Source: Candidatus Bathyarchaeota archaeon
Lineage (GTDB): Archaea > Thermoproteota > Bathyarchaeia > 40CM-2-53-6 > CAVXDP01
DNA length: 64,000 bases
NCBI GenBank assembly: GCA_963760485.1
Contig: CAVXDP010000008.1
Coordinates: forward strand, 17,209 to 81,208
Direction of reading: 5' to 3'
Part shown: piece by piece, positions 22,792 to 33,982 of the stretch
Layout of the letters: every line of letters begins with the position of its first letter
Position numbering within the stretch: the stretch's first letter is position 1
The notes under the pieces: model-generated
Database searches by the model: none
Told to the model about the DNA's origin: nothing
Seen by the model: only the letters and a program-made list of their open reading frames with translations
Position numbers and translations under genes: made by a program

Positions 22792-22970
22792 AGAATGAAA
22801 AGACATGAAGCCGAAAACTTTGGAGGTGATGACGAGAAGTGGATAATGAAGACAAAGGAATGGCGGTCTTCTCGATAATAATGTGGATAATCATACTCGC
22901 TTGGGCGAGCTGTTGCCCCCTGAACCTTTCTATCACCCTGGAAAGAAAAAGAGCCACGATTGTCAAGCAA

Positions 22971-23965
22971 TCAGCCAGAGACAAATTGGTAATTTATTAC
23001 TTTATCATCGGCAATGTTTACAATTGCACCTCTTAGTATAGACTCGCCGTATTCACTCCCAGGATTAAGACACAAGGTTCTTCCAATCTTTCTTGCACCT
23101 TTGGATTCATGAATATGTCCATGAAGCCCCAGTAAGGGCTGATGCTTCTCAATGGCATTCCTAATGGATTGGCTCCAGCTCCGTAAGTAAGTATCTGCCC
23201 CGCTTTGAAAATTGGTTGAGGTGGATAGACCGACGTATCCAGTTGAGGCGCATCATCCAATTCAGAATCCTTGGGTGGAATGTGAAAATTGAAAACAGCG
23301 TTCTTCACATCCTTTATTTCAGACACTAACTTGTCGACTTTTCCGCCAATTTCCTCATCGCTGCACTCTCTAGGAGTCTTCCAAGGCGTCGGGTTTCCCC
23401 AGCCCAAACTGGCCATCTCATGCACATCATCGATATAGACGACCTTGTTATCCGGATTCTTCACATGATCAGTATCCTTGATGAGGTCTACAATGTCCTG
23501 AGCGTCATCATTTCCACCAGTTATGTAACAGATTATGTTCGTGTCCTTCAACCTTTCATTTGCCAAATCAATCCATTTCAGTATTCTCTCTCGCATCAAC
23601 TGTCTGAATAATTCATCGAGCTTTTTTTCATCTGCTGAAACTGATTCATATTCATTTGTTTCCATAAGCTTAGTATAGGCTCCAGTAGTCAGTATTCGTT
23701 TTTCAAGATCCTTCAACTCTTCGTCTGTCTTGACCACCTGTTTCTGTTGGAGAAAATGGCTAACATATGTGCCGTCCGGTTGCTTCACTATTGGAGTTAT
23801 CATCTTGCCGGTAATGTCGCCACCAAGGACTAGAACATTTGCTTCATACACTTTTCCCGCATTTACGAACTTTTTGAAAGTCGGTTCGGAACCATGAACA
23901 TCGGTGGCGAAGAATATCCTAGTCTTCTTTTCCTTACTTTTCTCTTTTCCACCAAAGAGTGGCAA
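22971..23965 (-). CDS. Metallophosphoesterase (calcineurin-like), frameshift near 23170
   Basis: ATDVHGS, GGDITGK, GGNDD, FHIPP; shifted frame gives [14 protein letters not shown] ending TGA at 22971. Confidence 0.85.
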
Positions 23966-24130
23966 AAAATCACCAAATCATGTGAAGTGTCTTATACGTC
24001 AGGCTGGAATATTTGAATTTCGTGCAGACTAGATAGAAGGTCCCAGTCAGGAAACCTGGACTACAGAGTCGTTATAAGTCAAGAGGCACGATCAAGAGGC
24101 AAAACGTGTTGTGATCAGGAAGGCCGGCTA

Positions 24131-24637
24131 TTGTTCGAAGACCTTGCCATCTACCAGATTAGGATTCGTTACCACGAAGATTGGAAAGTGTATATTCTTT
24201 CTGATATACAGAGGTTAAAGGGAGACATCGCATTTGCTCCGATCAAAGATAGCGGCAAGCAATGGAGAATAGTGCTGTCTTGGAGACCTCTCGAAAGTTC
24301 GAGAAAGAAATACTCCTCTGCTGATGAGCAGGCAAAAGAAACGATTATCCAGTTGGCAAAAGCCAAACAGGTACAATCACACCAAGTAATCGATCATAAA
24401 TCGATTGAACTAGGCGGACATGAAGCGGTATTCTACAATCTCATGGTCAAATATTACAAACGTGGAGGTCTGCTGAAACAGAATGTGGCAGATTGTGTGA
24501 TTCGTTTCGTTTTGTTGTATTGTCCTGAATCTAAAAGGTGTATGATGCTCTACGAAGAGTCGGATTACCCAATTGAACAGGAAAGAATCTTCGAGGATGT
24601 TATGAAATCATTCAGTTGCCATTCGACGGTCAGATAG
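24131..24637 (+). CDS. Hypothetical protein (possibly PsbP/Mog1-like fold)
   Basis: 168-aa ORF with AGGAAGG upstream; pattern IRY..DW, ELGGHEAV, C-terminal FEDVMKSF. Confidence 0.6.
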   Translation: MFEDLAIYQIRIRYHEDWKVYILSDIQRLKGDIAFAPIKDSGKQWRIVLSWRPLESSRKKYSSADEQAKETIIQLAKAKQVQSHQVIDHKSIELGGHEAVFYNLMVKYYKRGGLLKQNVADCVIRFVLLYCPESKRCMMLYEESDYPIEQERIFEDVMKSFSCHSTVR

Positions 24638-24754
24638 GAACTCGCCTGTAGGTGCTTGGAATCCTTATTAGAAGTTCATTAAGGGGTAGCCGGGGTAGCA
24701 TCCCGCTGGTATTTATGCACAAGCTTAAAACGAAAGTCGCATTTCTTATGAGAA

Positions 24755-25177
24755 TTGGAGGAATATACTGTCTTGAGAAAAGCCATAATCCCATACTTTG
24801 ACTTATGCACGGGCTGTCGAACATGTGAACTCGCATGCTCCATGACTAAACTCAATGCTTACGCACCCCGACTTTCTCACGTCCAAGTCACAATGGAATC
24901 GGACGGAATGAGATCTCAGCCGAACATCTGTGAACAATGCGAAGACCCAGCATGTTGGCGAACTTGCCCAGCTGATGCCTTCAAGAGGGATGAGAAGACA
25001 AACGCGGTTCTCATAGTTTCTGAGAAATGTACTGGATGCGGAAACTGTGTGACGGCGTGTCCCGTGGGCGCGATACAATTTGACAAATTGGTTAACAAGG
25101 CTACGAAATGCGATCTATGCTTCGGTGACCCGCAGTGCGTGAAATACTGTCCAACTAAAGCGTTGGAGATGAAATAA
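24755..25177 (+). CDS. 4Fe-4S dicluster electron-transfer protein (AOR partner, DmsB/HydN-like)
   Basis: CTGCRTCELACS, CEQCEDPAC..TCP, CTGCGNCVTACP, KCDLC.GDPQCVKYCP. Confidence 0.92.
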   Translation: MEEYTVLRKAIIPYFDLCTGCRTCELACSMTKLNAYAPRLSHVQVTMESDGMRSQPNICEQCEDPACWRTCPADAFKRDEKTNAVLIVSEKCTGCGNCVTACPVGAIQFDKLVNKATKCDLCFGDPQCVKYCPTKALEMK

Positions 25178-25193
25178 GAGGAGGCGAAATGAT

Positions 25194-27077
25194 TTGGCAA
25201 ATGGTTATGCTGGAAAAATTCTTCACGTAGATTTAACGAAGAGAAAGGGGATTAAGAAAGAACCTCTTGACATGGAATTCGCAAAGAAGTATATGGGTGG
25301 TAAAGGATTCGGAGCGAGACTTCTGTACGATATGGTTCCCGCTAAGGTTGACCCCTTCAGTCCTCAGAACCCAGTGATATTCTGCACAGGGCCTCTTACG
25401 GGAACGATGGCTCAGACAAACAGATACTGCATAGTCACAAAGTCTCCGTTAACAGGGCTGTTCTCCGACTCCTATGCTGGAGGAGACTTTTCGCCAGAAC
25501 TGAAGTACGCTGGATACGACATAGTTGTAATCAGAGGAAAATCACCTAAGCCCGTTTACCTTTGGATAGACGATGGTAATGTCGAACTTAGGTCTGCTAA
25601 GGGAATCTGGGGCCTAGACACTTATGAGACCCAAGATAGGATCCTCGAGGAGCTAGGTGACAAATCCATCAAGGTTGCATGTATCGGACCGGCAGGAGAG
25701 AAAAGAGTTCGATTCGCCTTGGTCGACTCCAGCCCACATAGGCAAGCAGGAAGGTGTGGAACCGGCGCCGTAATGGGATCAAAGAATCTGAAAGCGGTGG
25801 CTGTAAGAGGAAGCGGAAAAATCGAAATAGCCGAACCAAAGGCCTTCGACGAAGCCTACTGGAAGTCTCGCGAGGAGATAGAAAAGAGCGCTGACGCCCT
25901 AACGTATCGAAAGGGTGGAACTCCAGCCTTCGTAGGATTCGCAAACAGTCAAGGGCTTTATCCAACACGAAACTTCTACGATGGCGTGAACGACAAAGTT
26001 GCGAGTGCTTTAGACGACGTTGCTCAAAGAAAATACCTCTGGCTCAGAGAGTACGGCTGCATGGCTTGTGCGATCCACTGTACAAAGATTGGAAAGATTC
26101 GAAGAGCGTGCAGTGAAAAAGGACCAATAAAGTGCGTTGATACTGATATTATCGAATATGAAACAACGGGACTAATGGGAGGTAGCTGTGACATCAACCT
26201 TCTAGAGGCCGTAGCATACTCAACTGTGCTTTGCGACAAGTACGGAATGGACTCCATCAGCGCGGGCAACATTGTCGGATGGACAATGGAATGCTACGAA
26301 AAGGGCATCCTAAAGAAGAAAGATCTAGGCGGCTTGGAGGCGAAGTTTGGAAGCTGGAAAGCCCAGATCGAACTCATCAAAATGATGGGAGAGAGGAGAG
26401 GCATCGGACGACTTCTCGGCGAAGGAGTTGCTAGAGCATCCAAAGCTATCGGGAAAGGATCTGAGGAATTCGCAATACACATAAAGAAGATGGAGACGCC
26501 CGCTTGGCCACCGAGAGGATCACCTGGACAAGTAATAGCACTCGCATGTTCAGACAGAGGATGCGATCACCAAAGAGGATTCATGCCAGCCTACGAAATA
26601 GGCGGATACTCATGGCCATTCGGCGGACCCTTTGACAGACTGTCAGTTGAAGCGAAAAAGTCCCAATGCGTGAAATGGGAACAAGACCACTTAAGCGCCT
26701 TGTACTCGCTAACAGTGTGTGAATTCAGTAGGTCAGGAATTCAAAATGACACATTTGCAGCGTTGCTCTCGGCAGCTACGGGTTGGAAGATCGACTATAG
26801 TGAGATGCTCAAGTACGGAGAGAGAATCTGGAATCTCATAAGAATGTTCAACGTCAGAGAGGGAATAACCAGAACAGACGATTCGGCCATACCCAAGCGC
26901 TTCAAAGAGCCTCTACCATCAGGTCCAGCGAAAGGCCACAAGATCACAGACGAAGACTTCAACAAATTACTCGACTGGTACTATGAAGCCAGAGGCTGGG
27001 ACAAGAACGGCATACCAACAAAAACAAAACTAACGGAACTTGGACTAGAAGATTTGACCAAGGGTCTAAAAAAGTAA
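25194..27077 (+). CDS. aor: Tungsten-dependent aldehyde:ferredoxin oxidoreductase family protein
   Basis: GYAGKILHVDL, KSPLTG, IGPAGE, AGRCGTGAVMGSKNLKA, CMACAIHC, EYET, CDKYGMDSIS, YYEARGWDKNGIPT. Confidence 0.95.
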   Translation: MANGYAGKILHVDLTKRKGIKKEPLDMEFAKKYMGGKGFGARLLYDMVPAKVDPFSPQNPVIFCTGPLTGTMAQTNRYCIVTKSPLTGLFSDSYAGGDFSPELKYAGYDIVVIRGKSPKPVYLWIDDGNVELRSAKGIWGLDTYETQDRILEELGDKSIKVACIGPAGEKRVRFALVDSSPHRQAGRCGTGAVMGSKNLKAVAVRGSGKIEIAEPKAFDEAYWKSREEIEKSADALTYRKGGTPAFVGFANSQGLYPTRNFYDGVNDKVASALDDVAQRKYLWLREYGCMACAIHCTKIGKIRRACSEKGPIKCVDTDIIEYETTGLMGGSCDINLLEAVAYSTVLCDKYGMDSISAGNIVGWTMECYEKGILKKKDLGGLEAKFGSWKAQIELIKMMGERRGIGRLLGEGVARASKAIGKGSEEFAIHIKKMETPAWPPRGSPGQVIALACSDRGCDHQRGFMPAYEIGGYSWPFGGPFDRLSVEAKKSQCVKWEQDHLSALYSLTVCEFSRSGIQNDTFAALLSAATGWKIDYSEMLKYGERIWNLIRMFNVREGITRTDDSAIPKRFKEPLPSGPAKGHKITDEDFNKLLDWYYEARGWDKNGIPTKTKLTELGLEDLTKGLKK

Positions 27078-27091
27078 GCCTACGAACGCCT

Positions 27092-27379
27092 ATGCAAGTC
27101 AAAGTAAGACTATTCGATCGTCTAAGAGACGTTTCGGGGAAATCCGCAATATCGGAGAATATCCAAGAACACTCAACACTACGCGAACTCATCGAAACGA
27201 TAGCTGCAGAAGAAGGCTTGGAAGTCAGGAAACTATTGCTAGATTCCGTGACAAATACACCGCTTCCAAACGTCAACATACTCGTGAACGGAAGACACAA
27301 CAGATTCACGGGCGGTCTTGAGACTGAATTGAAGGAAGGCGACACAATCGACCTTCTAACAGCAATGAGTGGTGGCTAA
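27092..27379 (+). CDS. MoaD/ThiS/SAMP ubiquitin-like small protein
   Basis: VKVRLF, NILVNGR, LKEGDTI, C-terminal SGG. Confidence 0.9.
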   Translation: MQVKVRLFDRLRDVSGKSAISENIQEHSTLRELIETIAAEEGLEVRKLLLDSVTNTPLPNVNILVNGRHNRFTGGLETELKEGDTIDLLTAMSGG

Positions 27380-27402
27380 GCCCCCCACCTTCTTCTTTTT
27401 TT
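27380..27402 (+). terminator. Pyrimidine/oligo-T terminator
   Basis: GCCCCCCACCTTCTTCTTTTTTT after the stop codon. Confidence 0.55.
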
Positions 27403-27535
27403 GCGAACTTCTGGATAGCTTTTAGGTAGATCTCGAGAGCAGAATGCGTTATCGCGACAGCTAGAGAACCAAGTCTTAAATATTGAACAGTTCGCCATTT
27501 ACTCTATTGCGGACAGATTCTAGAGGAGAAACAAA

Positions 27536-28776
27536 ATGAGTCTAAAAGGAAATGAAACGAGACTTGGTGTAGCAAGGGTCGCCTTGTTCGACCAGCCGAA
27601 ACGGATAATCTTCGCCACAGGAGCTGTGGAACAATTCGTTGGGTCTGAGACGAAACGTCTGGGGGGCAATAAGACACTCTTAGTAACTGACAAGGGTGTG
27701 AAGAAAGCCGGCATGGCTGACACGGTCTTAGATCTCATCAAGAAAGAGAATCTTAGCGTGGATGTATATGATAATCTCACGGCTGAACCAACAGCAGAAA
27801 GCCTGAGAGCCGCAGTTAAGTTCGCTCGGGAAGGCAAGTACGATGCGGTTGTTGGAGTAGGCGGAGGCGCGGTGCATGGACACTGCGAAGATGAGTGCTA
27901 TTTGTCTTACAAACCCGGGAGATCCAATGGTATACGTGAATCCTATGGAGGACAAGAGCAAGTATCCGGCTAAGCCCAAGATACTAATCCCAACCACATC
28001 TGGAACAGGAAGCGAGGCCTCGAACGCCGCCGTAGTAGTTGAAGGATTATACAAAACTTGGGCGGCAAACACCAACGTTTTTGCTGATGTAGCTATCGTT
28101 GATCCATTGATGGCAATTTCATGTCCACCGAAACAGACAGCTGGAAGTGCACTGGATGCTCTAAGCCACAACGTTGAAGGGCTGATTGATAGAGAAGCTA
28201 ATCCTCTGTCGGACGCTCAAGCTCTTGAAGGCTCAAGACTTGTCTTCAAGTACGCAAGAAGAGCTTTCCATGCTGGCGACGATCTAGAGGCCAGATGGAA
28301 CATGTCAGCCGCAGCGACACTCGGCGGAATAGTCATCGCTTATCCATGGATAGGAGGTCCAGCAATCCTTGGGCATTGCATTTCAGAAGCTCTTGGACCA
28401 CGATGGAATGTTCCTCATGGAGCTAGCCTGCGGTGTAGTCCTTCCATACATACTTCAGTTCAACCTGCCATCATGCATCAAGAAACTTGCGTATGTTTCA
28501 AAACAGGTACTGGGAGACGAAGTCTACGGTCTTTCACAACGTGAAGCTGCCTTTGCTTTCATTCATGCTGTGAAGACTCTCATGGAAGACATGGAATTGC
28601 CAACGAACCTCAAGCAATGGAATATTCCAAGCAAAGAACTGGATGAATTCGCCGAGTATATCTTCAAAGATCGCCAACACGTCTATTGTCTTCCAAGATT
28701 TAACCCGAGGAAGCTTACATCAGAAAACACGAAAGAACTGCTGCACTTGATGTATGAGGGAACCCTGCTAGAGTGA
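27536..28776 (+). CDS. Iron-containing alcohol dehydrogenase family protein (2 frameshifts)
   Basis: LVTDKGV, EPT, GVGGG/MDTAK, IPTTSGTGSE, DALSHNVE, GHCISE..VPHG across ORFs 27536, 27876, 28369. Confidence 0.88.
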
Positions 28777-28840
28777 GTTTCCCCTTTCTCTTTTTTCTGT
28801 CAATGTTTCCACATTGTCGTTGTCTAAGGTCGAATTCTCG

Positions 28841-29443
28841 CTACGAAACCTGCTCGAATTTTTGAACTGTCAATTTGATGAGTTCCGTTTTCACTTCTTC
28901 CACAGGTCTATTGGAATTTATGGGAATAAGTCCTTCCGTTTTAACGAGTTCAAGATACCTCTCTCGCACCTTCTCTTGAAGATCTAACCTTTCGAGTACA
29001 GTCCTTTTCCGTTTGATTCTGTTCAGACCAACTTCAGGCGGAACATCCAGATAGAATACAATATCTGGTTTCAGAGCAAATTTGTTGATGGTCTTTATCC
29101 AGTTCACGTCAACTCCCTGAGCGCCCTGGTAGGCCAATGAAGAGTACAAGTAACGGTCGCAAACCACAGTCGTGCCCTTGTCGAGGCTTGGAAGGATTTC
29201 CTTCATTAGATGCTCAAATCGATCTGCCGAAAAGAGCAAAGCCTCCACTTCTGGAGGAACCTTTTCAGTGAGAAGCATTGATCGGATAGACTTGCCAACC
29301 GCACCATTCGAAGGTTCAGCAGTATATGCTGCGTCAAAGCCTCTTTGCCGAAGTTCATCAGTGAGAGTTCTTGAGTGAAATGTTTTGCCACACCCGTCGA
29401 TACCCTCCAGAACTATGAAGACTCCCCTTGATCTTGCTCGCAT
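28841..29443 (-). CDS. tmk: Thymidylate kinase
   Basis: LEGIDGCGKT, LFSADR, CDRYLYSSLAYQG. Confidence 0.96.
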   Translation of the reverse strand: MRARSRGVFIVLEGIDGCGKTFHSRTLTDELRQRGFDAAYTAEPSNGAVGKSIRSMLLTEKVPPEVEALLFSADRFEHLMKEILPSLDKGTTVVCDRYLYSSLAYQGAQGVDVNWIKTINKFALKPDIVFYLDVPPEVGLNRIKRKRTVLERLDLQEKVRERYLELVKTEGLIPINSNRPVEEVKTELIKLTVQKFEQVS

Positions 29444-29583
29444 TGATGTTTAACCCATTCCACACGCTACCAGTACGCACTCCACTAGTTATGAAAGGTC
29501 ATACATAAGTCAGGAACAAAGCAGCCTATTCCAGTAGATCGCAAAGTGGCGTCGACTATTACACAGCCATGATCCTATTGTCA

Positions 29584-29671
29584 GTGTGTATCTCCTGATG
29601 CGCACACACACAAAATTACCTTGGCCTAACAGCCCGATTTCAAGCGAGCCGCACCAAGGTATACACACACG
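29584..29671. repeat. TGTGT-arm dispersed repeat, copies 1-2 (near-identical inverted copy at 33994-34080)
   Basis: GTGTGTATCTCCTGATGCGCACACACACAAAATT and CGCACCAAGGTATACACACAC. Confidence 0.85.
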
Positions 29672-29856
29672 TCAACCGAGGCCCACAAATTGCAGGAAGA
29701 ATCCTCAAAACCTTCTCTATCCACTCGGCAACAATCGATTCACTATCTTATGTCGATTGCTTTGTTCGCTAAGACACGGCGGAATTTGCTAACAAACGCT
29801 TTCAGTTCAATATTAACAAACCGATTAATGAAATATGAGGAGTTCAGGAATAACAA

Positions 29857-31480
29857 TTAATCTGGGGGGATCTGTTTGAATTGTAGTTCCATCGGGATGC
29901 CTTTCATCTTGTGGTATGCACGAGATACGTAGTAAATGATGAATGATGGTGCTATGAACATTGTTATGGTTATCCATATGTAGAATGAGCTTGCGAGACC
30001 GGTCAGGAATGGCAGTAGCATGGAGTAGTCTAGGGCAACACTGATAATGAAAGTCAAGAGCCCAAGTATGAAGAGAACTGGAACTCCGCCAATCTTCTTC
30101 TTGACGATCTCAGGCGATTTCTCGAATATCGCCTTTCCCCTTGATGTGAATGGAAAGACCATGCCGACAACTCCAACTATCGCCCATGCAAAGAACCATG
30201 AAAGTATCGTGTAAGCGATCCATGATGCTTGATAGATGAATATGTACAGGAAGATCTCTCCGATTATCAATCCAAGCAATACGGCTGCCCATGGTGATCC
30301 TCGTTTGTCTGTTTTAGCGAAGAAGGTTGGGAGGACTCTGTCGAAAGAGTACGCGAAGATATTTCGAACCGGTCCGAAGGCGGCTCCCATACCTGCGGCG
30401 AACCATGTGATTGCAGCCATGGCGCAAGAAAGGACCGCGTAGCCAGCATTAGGGTTCGCGTAGACAAGCATAAAACTTGGCACAGGCATAATGGTTCCCA
30501 ATGGCCACCCCTGCCAAGTTCCAAATCCTGCGCCACCCGGCGCGAAATATGATGCTCCGGAGCCCAGAATTCTCCGCTGAACCCATAGTATGCAAGGGAA
30601 TAGAAAAGCTCCCAGAATATGAATAGGAGTATTAATGCTCCCAGCATAGCTCGCTATAGCTGCCTTTCTTATCTCCTTCACTTCGCCCATTATATTCGCG
30701 GTGTAGGTTGATCCTAGAGTATTCAGAGCCACGAAGGTGATTCCAGCGCCGAGAGACACATTCATGTCGTATAATCCGACAGGCCATTTGGCAGCCTTTG
30801 CTGCATCCAAAACCGCTTGGTAAGTAGTACCCGACATCATGTTGAATCTTTCAATAAACGTCGGAAGCCCTCCGCCTGTAAGGACTCCAATGTCAAAGAT
30901 CACGAGGGAAAGGACACCGGAAATCACTCCAATCCAAGAAAGAATCATGGCCGACTCTTGCTCCTCTCCACATGATTAGGAATTCCACGACTACGAGAAG
31001 ACCACCTACTAGCATCATTCCAATAGGAGCGTCTATTGAGTTGGCGAGGAGCCAATACGGGTGGGTGCTAGCCAACTTTCCAAGCTCGGAAATTGCGATG
31101 GTTCTCAGAACATTGTTGATACCAAATCCGACAGCGAGGTATGTGAGGCTACCTGCCCATGAAGCTCCGATTGTGGTTAGAACCCAACCTGCAGAGAATC
31201 CCCATGCTGGAGAGAGTATGCGGCTCCCCCAAATGTACTCGCCTCCCGAGCGTGGCATAGCTATCGAGAACCAGATGTAGAGAAGGGCTGGAATGAACAT
31301 CAGTAGTACAGCCGGGATGACGGCGATCGGTACATTCACACCCGGATAAGCCTGATGTGTCCAGAGAAGAAGAATGTTGCAATTAGCAATGCCCGGCGTC
31401 ATGAATGCAAAGGCTAAGGCATCCCATGGTCCTATGACTCGCGTGAGCCCAGATGTTTTTCTGATGAAAACTTCCGTCAA
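29857..31480 (-). CDS. APC-family permease (2 frameshifts), paralogue of 21137-22766
   Basis: FIRKTSGLTR, MPRSGGEY, RNIFAYSFDRVLP, C-terminal QIPPD. Confidence 0.88.
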
Positions 31481-31568
31481 AGAATGCCAACCTTCCCCAC
31501 AGATGCGTAGACAGCTAGATACACTAGAGCGATATTTAATACTTCACTGTACAAATATGTGCATTAAC

Positions 31569-32627
31569 CTATGCACCCGGCGCCTTCCATACCCCCCTTT
31601 TGATGAGCTTCATCGTGATTTCATCAGCGAGTTTTGCTGAATCCGCATGTTTACCTGGGGGTTTTTCAATCGCTAGGTTCTTCGGCCAGATTGGTTCCTC
31701 GTAAATGAGCTTGTATATTTCTGTTCGCAGGTCTCTTATCCAGTTTCCATTCTTGGCGTTCATTCTGTACTCTCTTAGGGCATCTATGTAGAATGGAGCT
31801 GCGGCTCAGCCAGAGCCATATGATGGTGCTCTTCCCATGATCTGTCCATGATAATCTACGATCATTGAGCTTCCGCCTGACACGTTTACGGAGTCTTTCG
31901 AGTTCACCGTCAGGTAGTATGGTCCGAGGTTAGGAGCAATGAGGTAGCAGGTGTTGTCTAGGGCTCTTGCTCTATTCTGAATTTCAAACCATCCCCTGCC
32001 TATCAATGGTTCAGCCTCAGCACCCCGATAAATTATCTCTGCACCATTCATAGCCAATCCCCTTGCAGTTTCAGGATACTCAGCGTCTTGGCATATCATT
32101 GTCCCGATTCGCCCGATCTCCGTGTCAGTGACTGGGAAAAAGGAGTCCAGCTTGTAGCCATATTTGGCTATCCACTGGTCCCAGACGTCATGCGGCGTTG
32201 TTGTGTGTTCTTTTATGTAGACCTGAAGTTTATGATACCTGTGAATCACCTTCCCATTTGGATTTACTATGAAGGCGACGTTGAAGTAACGGTTGGGAAA
32301 ATCAGGATTCTTCGCTCTACTCTGAGCGATTACATACGTCTTGAACTCTTTTGCCATCTGACCAAGTTTATCAGTCTCTTCACCGGGGATGTCTATCGCA
32401 ATCTTCTCGTAGTATTCCAAGTGATCCATGTCGAAGACTTCATCAGTAAATCCCTGCAAGGCACCCTCCGGCAATGCGATGAGTCTTACAGGCAACTCGA
32501 CCTCGGTCAGCCAAACAGCTGCGCTCATCGCATCATGAATATGCTCCAAGTTTACGGAGATTTCCTTTCGCTTCTCGACACCACGAAAAGATGTTTGGAG
32601 AGCCACCGCCATGTATGGTTGTACCAT
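31569..32627 (-). CDS. Nitrilase-superfamily carbon-nitrogen hydrolase (frameshift near 31810)
   Basis: Catalytic triad ALPEG / YHKLQ / MICQD; NRARALDN; C-terminal part in ORF 31569-31763. Confidence 0.88.
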
Positions 32628-32781
32628 ACCACACATCCCATCAACAACGAGAAGCAGGCTACATATTAGCATTCACAGTTGGTAGTTTCTATCTGCAAGA
32701 TGCTGTGCTTTACCTTGATTTTCACAGTGTACTTCACGTTCCTGTCAATTCGAAAGATAGCGAGCCCGGTAGTATAGTAAA

Positions 32782-32912
32782 GAGGGGGTTTGGGGGATTC
32801 CTCCCCCGATGAAGTCCTAATTATTTGTGTGCTTATCCATTGGTGCGACCGTTCAAAATCCTACCGTCATTTTTCGTTGAATTGTGTGTGTAGAGATGGC
32901 CTTGGTGCAGCC
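32782..32912 (+). repeat. G-rich hairpin plus TGTGT-arm repeat copies 3-4
   Basis: GAGGGGGTTTGGGGGATTCCTCCCCC; ATTTGTGTGCTTATCCATTGGTGCGACCG; AATTGTGTGTGTAGAGATGGCCTTGGTGC. Confidence 0.7.
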
Positions 32913-33052
32913 AGCTTAAGACTAGACTATTTAGTATGGATGGCTTCCCTAAAGGAGCTGTCAATTATTCTTTCAGAACTTTGGAATCATAATGCCGTGT
33001 CGTGCGGCCAAACGAATCCGGCTGCCACATGCATTCTTTTTTTCAGTCATGG

Positions 33053-33874
33053 CTAGGCTCCACCGAGAGTGATTATCAGGTCTGTGATAAAACCCGCGAA
33101 CAATCCAACGAAGATCCCAATCATCAGAACATCATTTGTGCTTTGCCTCCTTCCTGAATTGTACATCAACAACGAGACGAAAACCAATGCGCCACCAGCA
33201 ACTGCTAGGAAAAAGATGTACAGAGAAGCCGAGGTCCATAGGCTACCTAGTAGAGTTCCAATAAATGTCGGGCCACCACCTACTAGGCCTGCCAAGACAA
33301 TGAAACGAACACTCGGTCGTTTTGAAAGCCCTGTTAGTGGACTAGCTATTCCGAAGCCTTCTGTGGCATTATGTGCTGCGAATCCAATCACCAAAATTAT
33401 CGCTAACCCCATTGCTCCTGACACATACGACTGGCCTATTGCAAGTCCTTCGCTAAAGTTGTGAGCTCCGATGCCCACTGCAATCATCATTGAGAGCCTG
33501 TAAGCGTTGACCTGCTTCTGCTGTCCAGAGTCACTACTGCCACCCGCCACGCCGGTTTCCTTCATATATCGAGCTCCGTACCAAGTCAACCCCAGAAGCC
33601 CTACCGCCAGCCCTCCGAACATGGCTAGAAGGTCAAGCAGCGCATCTTCCACAGGTGACTTCCCCACAAAAGCACTGCTCGCGGCATCCGCAGCGGATTG
33701 CCAAGCATGACTAAGCACGTCGACAATGAGAAATATTAGAATACCAACTGCAAACGCGTTGAGGAATCCTTTCTTTCTTGGACTAACGCCTTGAGCTACG
33801 GCAAGCGGTAACCCGAGAAAGATTGTGAGGCCAGCAAACGCTCCAAGGAGAAGGAGCTGAGGATAATCGATCAA
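33053..33874 (-). CDS. ZIP-family metal (zinc) permease
   Basis: IGAHNFSEGLAIG and AHNATEGFGI motifs, multiple TM helices. Confidence 0.92.
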   Translation of the reverse strand: MIDYPQLLLLGAFAGLTIFLGLPLAVAQGVSPRKKGFLNAFAVGILIFLIVDVLSHAWQSAADAASSAFVGKSPVEDALLDLLAMFGGLAVGLLGLTWYGARYMKETGVAGGSSDSGQQKQVNAYRLSMMIAVGIGAHNFSEGLAIGQSYVSGAMGLAIILVIGFAAHNATEGFGIASPLTGLSKRPSVRFIVLAGLVGGGPTFIGTLLGSLWTSASLYIFFLAVAGGALVFVSLLMYNSGRRQSTNDVLMIGIFVGLFAGFITDLIITLGGA

Positions 33875-33982
33875 TCCACGTAATCTCGCTTGCTAAGAGC
33901 ATATCATATGTCATAATTAACCTTGATCGACAGTATGTCGGTGTCTGAAAGGCCTAGCTGTCGGAATCTGCTCAAGACTATT

